Positions 7,484 through 14,517 of a DNA stretch of 32,313 nt are shown here, one piece after another. Made by a program: the position numbers and the translations under genes. Under the pieces are notes generated by a model. The model was not told where the DNA came from and searched no databases. It worked only from the letters and a program-made list of their open reading frames with translations. Position 1 is the first letter of the stretch, and each line of letters starts with the position of its first letter. The stretch is from IMG/VR virus record IMGVR_UViG_3300005758_000618, positions 1 to 32,313 of that record; one strand, 5' to 3'. The DNA comes from a virus (lineage: Duplodnaviria; Caudoviricetes).

Positions 7484-10171
7484 TTAGAACTCAAAAAATT
7501 CACTGAACGCTTCGCTTTCTTTGGTCTTATCTAAGTCCCAACCCATCTGTCCTAGTACGTTTTGTATCTTCTTATCTAGGACGGCTGTTTCCATTTCTAC
7601 CTCATCAAACGGTAGTTCTTTAAACCATTGGGGTAAGTTGATCTCGTCGGTTGGATAAGCGATACTCTTATATCCCATTGGGTTACTCTTGAGGCGACAT
7701 ACGATTACCTTAGCACCGTCCATGATGGTTGTACTATAAGCATCGCTGTTAGCCTTTTTAAGTTGGTTCCAATTGATACTAGCCCTAACATGACCCGGGA
7801 TAGTACCATCTTCAACTTCATTGGCTAGTTCTCGTAGCCGCTGCAATTTAATATTCTTTTCATTGACCTGTTGTTTCTCAAGTTGTGCTGTGTATTGCGT
7901 GAGATTGTTAACACGCTTAGGCATGCCTTTCTTCCAAGGATCAATGCTTTGAAATTCTTTCTTGAACTGCTTGATATAGTCGATAACTTCTTTTTCACTC
8001 TTACCGCTAAGTGCATCAAACAGGATTCTTTCTAGAAAGTCTTGCACAAACTCAGGTGTATCACTGCGCTTGATTTCCATGCCCATAACTTTGAGCTTGC
8101 CACCCTCAGGTTGATAACCTTCAATGTCCCAACAGTTGATAGCATAACGCTTTTTAGTAATGAACAATCCTGCACGACCAACTACTTCGCGACCCGCCTT
8201 CAGCACTTCGCCTGCAATAAGCGGAACATTAAAGTCTTGTTTTAGGAATTCAGGAAAGGTGTCGCTCACAGTATCACTAATGTGATCATACAACTTTACT
8301 GCACTTTCCAAATCTAATTCAGTGTCTTTGGGTAATGCAGGTTTAGCAGTAAAATAAACAGAGTCAGTGTCACCATAAATGATACAAGGTCCTAAGTGAT
8401 CATACTCACCTGTGAGCAGTTCATTGGTCTTAGCAGCCATGTGTCGTGTAATACGTCGACCTGTTAGCGTTGTACTCTGTCCAATGCGTTTATCAAAGAA
8501 GCGGCAACCTGGATTCAAAATAGCGCCATACAAGCTGTTCAAGTTAATCTTCTTAACCAACTGACGTTTGTCCCAGTATGCTTTTTCTTCTGACGTAGTT
8601 GCTTCTTTCTTTTTCTTTTGAAGATCCTTACGTTCGCTGTACCAACGCTCTAGTAGTCCGGGAACAATACCCTGCACATCTGTTTTAAAGATAGTACCGT
8701 TAGCACTGATGTTCCAGGGCTGGCCGCTTTTGAATACTAGGTTATAGATATCAGCGCCAGTACACTCTAGTTTTTCACCACCTTCGAGTTCTAATACCAA
8801 AGGATGATTAATGTCTTTTTCTATAACAAACTCATACTCGTTGGTACCAAACTTACCTGACCATGCATCTGCAAAGCTCATCTTTTGTAGACGCATTTTG
8901 CTTTGGATTTCTTCGTCGGTATAAGTAGATTTGATTTGACCAACGATTGTTTCAGGGGCCATGTTGAGTGCGCGGAACACTGACGGATATAGTGAGTTAA
9001 TATCCATACTGCCCACCCACTCATGATAACCTTTCTTTGGAAAGGCAACATAAGCACCAGCCGCTTGTGTATCAGCGTTGTCACTGCTACGAGTCCTGTC
9101 AGGTACAACAAAGCCTCGGCGATGTGCTTCGTTGATAATAGCCTGCTCTGTGGTTGCCACAGCGCCCATTGTTGTGGGCAGCAACACAGTATTATCATGC
9201 GCGATAGTGTTAGCAAGATCAATAAACTGAAGTTTCTGATCTAACTTAGCCAATAGCATTGTATCTTGAATGTTGTACTCTAGAAACTTTAGGAAGTCGT
9301 GATTGTAAAGTCTATCAAGACTGCCCTCATACGGAATTTTTCTTTCACCAATTTCCATCTCGCCAATATAATCTAGTCGATAACTGTGACGTTCTTCATA
9401 GTTGTACTTGCGATACAATTGCATATAGTCTAAGTGAACGCGACCAATTAAGTCATAGGTCTGTCGCTCGCTACCAAATGCTTCGTACATTCTTTCTTTT
9501 GGCAGCTGGTCCCAAAGACACATTCGTCTTGTGTCGTTGCGGCTCAGTACTTTAATAATACGGTTAATTGTGTACGGAATATCATAACCTTCGCTGTTCC
9601 AGCCGCTAAGAATATCTGCATCTTCAATCAATGACAAAAATACTTCAAGCATTTCTTTTTCAGTTTGAAAAAGCATAACCTGAGGAATATCTTTGGCAAT
9701 GTTTTGTGCTTGCTCCCAACTAAGTGTCTTAGGCGGAACAGCTAAACAGATCATTGCTTCTAGCCACTGTAGATACACGCCGATCGCAGTAATAGGCATG
9801 AACGCATCATCAGGGCTAGCATAACCCCTCTGTGGATCAAAGTCTACCTCAATATCGAAAAACGCTGTTTGAAGCTTTGGTGGCTCAACACCGTTATAGT
9901 GTTTAGCAATAGTTTTGTTAAGAGGCTTAATGTCGCTTTCAAACGTTCTGTTTGAACTGTTGATCGCGACATTTTTACGAAAGTCTTTATATGACTTACA
10001 TCTTATTTCGGAAACAGGCTCGCCATAAATGCTACGACGAGTACCTTTTGGGTCTGCAACATAAAAGTTGTATTCGGGTCTATGTTCTACGAGTAGTCTT
10101 TTACCATTAACACGTTCTGCAACATACACCGAGTCTTTGTTTTTATCGTAGAAGGCATCTACATAACTCAT
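7484..10171 (-). CDS. Family B DNA polymerase (T4 gp43-like)
   Basis: ExoI FFDIEVD, ExoII GWNSEGYDIPY, ExoIII YNIQD; motif A DINSLYPS, motif B KINLNSLYG, motif C YGDTDS, and KKRY. No intein. Confidence 0.97.
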   Translation of the reverse strand: MSYVDAFYDKNKDSVYVAERVNGKRLLVEHRPEYNFYVADPKGTRRSIYGEPVSEIRCKSYKDFRKNVAINSSNRTFESDIKPLNKTIAKHYNGVEPPKLQTAFFDIEVDFDPQRGYASPDDAFMPITAIGVYLQWLEAMICLAVPPKTLSWEQAQNIAKDIPQVMLFQTEKEMLEVFLSLIEDADILSGWNSEGYDIPYTINRIIKVLSRNDTRRMCLWDQLPKERMYEAFGSERQTYDLIGRVHLDYMQLYRKYNYEERHSYRLDYIGEMEIGERKIPYEGSLDRLYNHDFLKFLEYNIQDTMLLAKLDQKLQFIDLANTIAHDNTVLLPTTMGAVATTEQAIINEAHRRGFVVPDRTRSSDNADTQAAGAYVAFPKKGYHEWVGSMDINSLYPSVFRALNMAPETIVGQIKSTYTDEEIQSKMRLQKMSFADAWSGKFGTNEYEFVIEKDINHPLVLELEGGEKLECTGADIYNLVFKSGQPWNISANGTIFKTDVQGIVPGLLERWYSERKDLQKKKKEATTSEEKAYWDKRQLVKKINLNSLYGAILNPGCRFFDKRIGQSTTLTGRRITRHMAAKTNELLTGEYDHLGPCIIYGDTDSVYFTAKPALPKDTELDLESAVKLYDHISDTVSDTFPEFLKQDFNVPLIAGEVLKAGREVVGRAGLFITKKRYAINCWDIEGYQPEGGKLKVMGMEIKRSDTPEFVQDFLERILFDALSGKSEKEVIDYIKQFKKEFQSIDPWKKGMPKRVNNLTQYTAQLEKQQVNEKNIKLQRLRELANEVEDGTIPGHVRASINWNQLKKANSDAYSTTIMDGAKVIVCRLKSNPMGYKSIAYPTDEINLPQWFKELPFDEVEMETAVLDKKIQNVLGQMGWDLDKTKESEAFSEFFEF

Positions 10172-10187
10172 TAATCAATCACTCCAA

Positions 10188-10207
10188 GCATCATTTCTGG
10201 CTGACGC
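10188..10207 (-). promoter_or_regulatory. RNA hairpin abutting the polymerase Shine-Dalgarno (candidate translational operator)
   Basis: mRNA GCGUCA-GCCAGAAA-UGAUGC (6-bp stem with one G-U pair, 8-nt loop), 2 nt upstream of GGAG at 10182-10185. Confidence 0.5.
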
Positions 10208-10226
10208 AATACCTAATTAAAATACT

Positions 10227-10255
10227 ATTCTAACAGACTTTTGACAAGATGTCAA
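10227..10255 (-). promoter_or_regulatory. Sigma70-type promoter of the DNA polymerase gene
   Basis: TTGACA-N17-TAGAAT with extended -10 TG. The -35 is one arm of the inverted repeat TTGACA-N3-TGTCAA (10241-10255). Confidence 0.8.
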
Positions 10256-10260
10256 GCAAA

Positions 10261-10524
10261 TTAAAGTGTTTTGCCAACTGCCTCGAGAATAGTTTCAAGT
10301 TCATCAAACTTGTCACGCTCATCACCTAGTGATGCTTTATGTGCTACCTTAATTGCCTTAGTTAATGTAGCAGGCTTAAGATCCATTTCTTCTGCAATTG
10401 CTTTAACAGTATCGCGAAGACCATCTTTTAGCGTTTCAATTTCGTAAGTTACCTGCATGCCTTCTTCAATTAGTCTCTTAAGGCGTGCTTTTTCTTCTTC
10501 ATTGAAAGTTCTATTGAAAGCCAT
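10261..10524 (-). CDS. Small dsDNA-binding protein (T4 DsbA/GapR-like helical protein)
   Basis: 87-aa helical, charged protein (LKRLIEE...IETLKDGLRDTVKAIAEEMDLKPATLTKAIK) resembling DsbA/DUF2312; GAGG Shine-Dalgarno. Confidence 0.6.
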   Translation of the reverse strand: MAFNRTFNEEEKARLKRLIEEGMQVTYEIETLKDGLRDTVKAIAEEMDLKPATLTKAIKVAHKASLGDERDKFDELETILEAVGKTL

Positions 10525-10527
10525 TTG

Positions 10528-10752
10528 TTACCTCTTCTGTGTTGTAATGTTAGTATATATGTTGAGCTGCTTGGGTTCTTCAGGAATATTGGCGTTTACA
10601 TCTATATAGAAGGAAGTTTTGAATCCTGGAAAAGGATGAAAAGAAATTTGTTCTAAAATTGATCTATTAGTAATTCTTTGCCCATCAGGACCAAACGCAA
10701 CGAAACTATCACCAGTAAAGTGAACCTCAACCCTCAAAAGAGTTCTTCCCAA
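10528..10752 (-). CDS. Hypothetical protein, 74 aa
   Basis: Fills the gap between neighbours; TTG start overlapping the upstream gene, so the start is uncertain. Confidence 0.5.
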   Translation of the reverse strand: MGRTLLRVEVHFTGDSFVAFGPDGQRITNRSILEQISFHPFPGFKTSFYIDVNANIPEEPKQLNIYTNITTQKR

Positions 10753-12053
10753 TCAATACTGCCCACAGCATCATCACCGTCAACAGCCGCAGCAACAGCC
10801 AGCGTAATTGTAATTGAGGTATTTGTCAAGCCGTTACGTTCAAGCTGGAAGGCAAATGCGCCAGGATCAAGTGTAATAGTTTGACCACTTTGGTTGTTGA
10901 TACCTACATAACCAGACGTTAGTGTTTCACCACCACTCATTGTATTACCGGTAATATTATACTGAACTAATGACCCACTTACACTGGACCAACTGCCTCC
11001 AGTAACGGTTGCATTGGAAACTAATTTATATTGCATCTTACCATTGTTAGCAACACCTAACATGCTGATGTTTTTGACTACGGCAACAGCATCGAGATTA
11101 CTGGAATTTAATCTTATAGAAACCAAGGGATAGAACGTTCCTGCTGTAGGCAAGTTCATAATCGCTGTTACAGGACGACCAATACTATATGGACGACCTC
11201 TTAGTTCATAACCACCTTCTGATATCACAGTAGAACAAATTTGTTTCATTGCGCTACTGGCCACAGTGCCAGCAATGTTTTCAATTTCATAACGAACTGG
11301 TAATGTCGCAGTTGTCATATAAACTGTGTCTAAACTGTTAGCATGATGAAAAACATGTGCTAGATAAAAGTTACCATCAATCACGAAACCGGTTCTTATA
11401 CTACCAACACCAAGCCATTCAATATCACAGAAAAAGATCTGAGCTTTAGTTGTATCGAGATCTATACCTGTCGCTGTACTACCATCTAGCTTATCAACAT
11501 TCCACTGACTCTGAGGTATTTCTATATCATTTGCTGAACCATCGATGTAAGTTCTTTTTACAATATAGTTGATACCATTCTTGTTAGAAACAAATATACC
11601 GTTTTGGTCGTTGAAGTATCCGACACGCTGAGCTAAACCTGTTTGACCTTGGTCAAAAACAAATGTAGCCATAATCTGTAAACTTTTGCCGGGTTGGTAA
11701 GGAAACACACGAAGTGTTTCGCGAGTTACTTTATCACCGCTAGCATTGGTTACAGTCAAAGATGTAGTACTTTGATTAACATTGTACAATGCATCACCAG
11801 CGCCAACTAATCGTGTGGCCCACTGATCATCACGACGACTATAGCGTTGGCTAGAATCAAAAAGTGTATATGGAGATGCTACACGCTGTCTACCAAAAGC
11901 ATCTCTAGCACCATCAGCCGATGAATTACTTGCTGTACTAATTGTTCTAATAACAGGCTGGCCAGCAGCATTATAATCCATTGCATTTGATAAGTCGCGC
12001 AAATGATGTGGACCTCCGGGAGGTAACATTGACGGATGATTATAGTTTGACAT
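10734..12053 (-). CDS. Probable virion structural protein (beta-rich)
   Basis: DAFGRQRVASPYTLFDS motif, S/T/G-rich beta-type composition, preceded by the GATAAATA late-type motif. Confidence 0.6.
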   Translation of the reverse strand: MSNYNHPSMLPPGGPHHLRDLSNAMDYNAAGQPVIRTISTASNSSADGARDAFGRQRVASPYTLFDSSQRYSRRDDQWATRLVGAGDALYNVNQSTTSLTVTNASGDKVTRETLRVFPYQPGKSLQIMATFVFDQGQTGLAQRVGYFNDQNGIFVSNKNGINYIVKRTYIDGSANDIEIPQSQWNVDKLDGSTATGIDLDTTKAQIFFCDIEWLGVGSIRTGFVIDGNFYLAHVFHHANSLDTVYMTTATLPVRYEIENIAGTVASSAMKQICSTVISEGGYELRGRPYSIGRPVTAIMNLPTAGTFYPLVSIRLNSSNLDAVAVVKNISMLGVANNGKMQYKLVSNATVTGGSWSSVSGSLVQYNITGNTMSGGETLTSGYVGINNQSGQTITLDPGAFAFQLERNGLTNTSITITLAVAAAVDGDDAVGSIDWEELF

Positions 12054-12066
12054 GTGCTGTACCCAT

Positions 12067-12102
12067 AAAAAAATAGTAGTAGTCTTTCAACTACTACTAT
12101 TT
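12067..12102 (-). terminator. Intrinsic terminator after the deaminase-HAD-OB unit
   Basis: Perfect 13-bp inverted repeat (12071-12083 / 12090-12102) with a 6-nt loop, running into a U-tract on the minus strand. Confidence 0.75.
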
Positions 12103-12105
12103 ATC
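12098..12105 (-). promoter_or_regulatory. Late-type promoter motif GATAAATA
   Basis: One of five identical octamers upstream of structural-type genes; resembles the T4 late promoter TATAAATA. Confidence 0.6.
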
Positions 12106-12123
12106 TAAATTTATAGTAAAAAG

Positions 12124-12792
12124 TTAACTGGATACTTTAATACGGTTAATCATTGTTTCTTTACCGCCGCTGTACTTGCTCACCGCATGACTTTTAACAT
12201 AGGCTGTGATGTTTAGTTCATCACCTGGGCTAGCAATCTTGCTTGTGTTAAAGAACTTAACAATGTTTTTATCGGATTCTGAACATGTATACAGAAAGCT
12301 CATTGTGGACGGAATCTCTCGTACATGCTCTACCTTAAGATCAAACTCTCCGCGCTTGTTTAGCGCACCCACATAGTCGCTGGTATCTGCAAGCTCTGAT
12401 TCACGAATGGTCCATTTGTCTGCTTCTAGTTTACGGCTATAAACATTAGGCAGACTAGCAGCAATGCCCAGCTTGTCTTTACCTACACGTTCAGTACCAA
12501 CGAACTTTAGAACATTGGCTTCAAACTCAGTCAATGAACGTTCAAATGCTTTGAAGCTCAGCCCCCGTAAGTAGTCGATGATAGTTTCTGCTAGGGCATA
12601 GTCCTCTGCACTAGTTTCAACTTTTACATCATTCAAAAAATGATTATACAAGATAGTGCTGTTAGGAGACTTAGGCGCTTCGCCTTCGGCTAGCTGTTGA
12701 TAGGAATCTCGTTTGATAAATCCCTGTGCGTTAAAAATAGCACAGGCAACGGCTACAACTTCCTTGGTAGGAAAATCAATTTCTGCACTCAT
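12124..12792 (-). CDS. Hypothetical protein with probable C-terminal OB-fold
   Basis: The C-terminal ~85 aa (YVG...GDELNITAYVKSH...ETMINRIKV) has an OB-fold-like strand pattern. Confidence 0.55.
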   Translation of the reverse strand: MSAEIDFPTKEVVAVACAIFNAQGFIKRDSYQQLAEGEAPKSPNSTILYNHFLNDVKVETSAEDYALAETIIDYLRGLSFKAFERSLTEFEANVLKFVGTERVGKDKLGIAASLPNVYSRKLEADKWTIRESELADTSDYVGALNKRGEFDLKVEHVREIPSTMSFLYTCSESDKNIVKFFNTSKIASPGDELNITAYVKSHAVSKYSGGKETMINRIKVSS

Positions 12793-12802
12793 AGTTTCTC
12801 TC

Positions 12803-13396
12803 TTACTTAGTGATAATGTTGTAAATTTCTTCCCAGGTCTTTACTACAGTAGCAGGACCCTTGTAATCTAAATTGTGCCCATGTTCAACCAGCAACGATT
12901 TGAAGCCGCACTTTACACCAGCGTCAGCGTTTTCGGGCTTGTCTTCGATCCAGTAGTTGCCCTTGTATATACGGCTTAGACGATCCAGTTCCTCGTCTTT
13001 GTCTGCTCCTGTATCTAGACAAATAACATCAATAAAGATATCACCAAACAGTTTCTTAAGATTTCGAACACGCAATTCCTTCGCATAAATGTCAGTGCTC
13101 AGCGAAGTAACTGCAAGAAACTTATACTTGTGCTTTTCAGCCAGCAGTCGCACATAATGCTGTGCGTCTCGAACTGGCGGAAGAAAACCAATTGCTGCAC
13201 TTTCGTTAAAAAGTCGAACCAACTTATGGCCTTCTTCATTGGAGATACCGTAGCGTTCTCCAATCTTATACATTAGCTTGTATCCCTCAACCGGCTTATA
13301 ACCGTGATGTTCCATCCAAACCGAGAAACCCTCTTCCCAGTCCAACATAACACCGTCAATGTCTGTAAGGATTACCTTTTTCTTAAAGAATAACAA
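12803..13396 (-). CDS. HAD-superfamily phosphatase, 5'(3')-deoxyribonucleotidase-like
   Basis: Motif I ILTDIDGVMLDW, motif II VTS, motif III K (GADKDE), motif IV WIEDKPEN. TTG start with GGGAG Shine-Dalgarno. Confidence 0.85.
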   Translation of the reverse strand: MLFFKKKVILTDIDGVMLDWEEGFSVWMEHHGYKPVEGYKLMYKIGERYGISNEEGHKLVRLFNESAAIGFLPPVRDAQHYVRLLAEKHKYKFLAVTSLSTDIYAKELRVRNLKKLFGDIFIDVICLDTGADKDEELDRLSRIYKGNYWIEDKPENADAGVKCGFKSLLVEHGHNLDYKGPATVVKTWEEIYNIITK

Positions 13397-13421
13397 ACTA
13401 AACTCCCTAACTTATATTTTT

Positions 13422-13449
13422 ATTTTAGCATCATTAGCAGTATTGTCAA
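13422..13449 (-). promoter_or_regulatory. Sigma70-type promoter
   Basis: TTGACA-N16-TAAAAT with extended -10 TG. Confidence 0.75.
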
Positions 13450-13455
13450 GAACAT

Positions 13456-13767
13456 TTAGGTGTGTTCGACAATTTCAATACCAGCAGATTCGATTGCGCT
13501 CATACATACAGGACAAGGCTTAGCTAACGCAGGCTTGCCTTTTTTATCCCAGCGGCTAACAAAAATCCTATGAGCCCTGCTTAGATCCTTGCATTTTACA
13601 ATTGCATGAATCTCAGCATGAAGAAACTGCTTGTCAGGCATACCCGCCTTTACTGCATGAAGTGCTTGTAACGGATGAGTCTTAACGTAACTGTTCTGAC
13701 CCACGGATATAACTTTACCACGCTTGTCGTAAATGACTGCGGTAAGAGCCTGCCTAGTTGTGGACAT
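13456..13767 (-). CDS. Zinc-dependent cytidine/dCMP deaminase-fold protein
   Basis: LHAEIHAI ... AKPCPVC (HxE / PCxxC), a minimal 103-aa domain. Confidence 0.85.
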   Translation of the reverse strand: MSTTRQALTAVIYDKRGKVISVGQNSYVKTHPLQALHAVKAGMPDKQFLHAEIHAIVKCKDLSRAHRIFVSRWDKKGKPALAKPCPVCMSAIESAGIEIVEHT

Positions 13768-13800
13768 TAGATTATATCTTTCCCTAACACCTACTTATAT

Positions 13801-13828
13801 AGTATAACATCTTTAGAGTGCGTGTCAA
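13801..13828 (-). promoter_or_regulatory. Sigma70-type promoter
   Basis: TTGACA-N16-TATACT with extended -10 TG. Confidence 0.75.
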
Positions 13829-13877
13829 CCATTCCTTTAACTTATAACGTATGCTATAAAAAGAGTTAAATAACTGT

Positions 13878-14465
13878 ATGAAAATGAGCTCTAGTTTACT
13901 CAGCTATCCCCTATTTCCAGACTGGATATTTGAGGGTGAATTACAAATTGATGATACTGTAGCTGATGCTATTTTAAAAGAAGTTCAAGCCAGTAAAGCC
14001 ACACAGTATTTTCATACTGCTAATTTTGGTTGGGTCACTAATAAAAACATTACCTTAGGAAAAAGCATTGCTAAGTTAAATTCTTTAATTGGTAACATGT
14101 TTGTTGAAAATGCAGGCCCCCATTTTAGAATTAGAAAAGAGGATTGGACAGATATTGAAATCTGCGAAACTTGGACCATGGGCCTAAGACCCGGTCATAA
14201 CTTTCCACAATCGGTCCACCGGCACCGTTGGTATCATTCTGTACTTTTTCTAAGGACTACTGAAAACAGTTGCAATTTATATTTTGATCAATACGGTCCT
14301 AAATTGTATTCATGCCCGCCCCGAGTTCAAAACAATGAACATTTTATTCCAGCAAAGACAAATAAAATTGTTTACTTCCCTGCTCACATACCTTGGGGCA
14401 TCACATCAAACAATTCTGATCAAGACGCGATAATCTGCTGTAATAGTTTTGTTATAAAGCAATAA
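13878..14465 (+). CDS. 2OG-Fe(II) oxygenase-like protein (TIGR02466-like), apparently degenerate
   Basis: LFP N-terminus, W...HRH...SVLFL and IVYFPAH...N.S layout of the double-stranded beta-helix family. The only convincing plus-strand gene; TAAATA lies 5 nt before the ATG. Confidence 0.7.
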   Translation: MKMSSSLLSYPLFPDWIFEGELQIDDTVADAILKEVQASKATQYFHTANFGWVTNKNITLGKSIAKLNSLIGNMFVENAGPHFRIRKEDWTDIEICETWTMGLRPGHNFPQSVHRHRWYHSVLFLRTTENSCNLYFDQYGPKLYSCPPRVQNNEHFIPAKTNKIVYFPAHIPWGITSNNSDQDAIICCNSFVIKQ

Positions 14466-14493
14466 AAAAGGAAGGGGCCTTTCGACCCCTTCC
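14464..14493 (-). terminator. Intrinsic terminator of the large fibre gene
   Basis: Minus strand GGAAGGGGUC-GAAA-GGCCCCUUCC followed by UUUUUU, located between convergent genes. Confidence 0.9.
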
Positions 14494-14517
14494 CAAACTT
14501 CCCATCTCTGAGAAATA

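Noticed and set aside
7484-10171. Intein or intron in the DNA polymerase (extra ~80 aa after motif A)
   Set aside because: No C/S...HN splice motifs or LAGLIDADG blocks, the frame is continuous and the total length is normal for PolB.
1013-10884. Short plus-strand and alternative-frame ORFs within galE, BI-1, dpdA, polB and neighbours (e.g. 3502-3732, 7825-8019, 8878-9222, 9259-9555)
   Set aside because: They overlap well-supported genes and show no recognisable motifs. 3502-3732 also conflicts with the Hc1-like and QueD-like genes.
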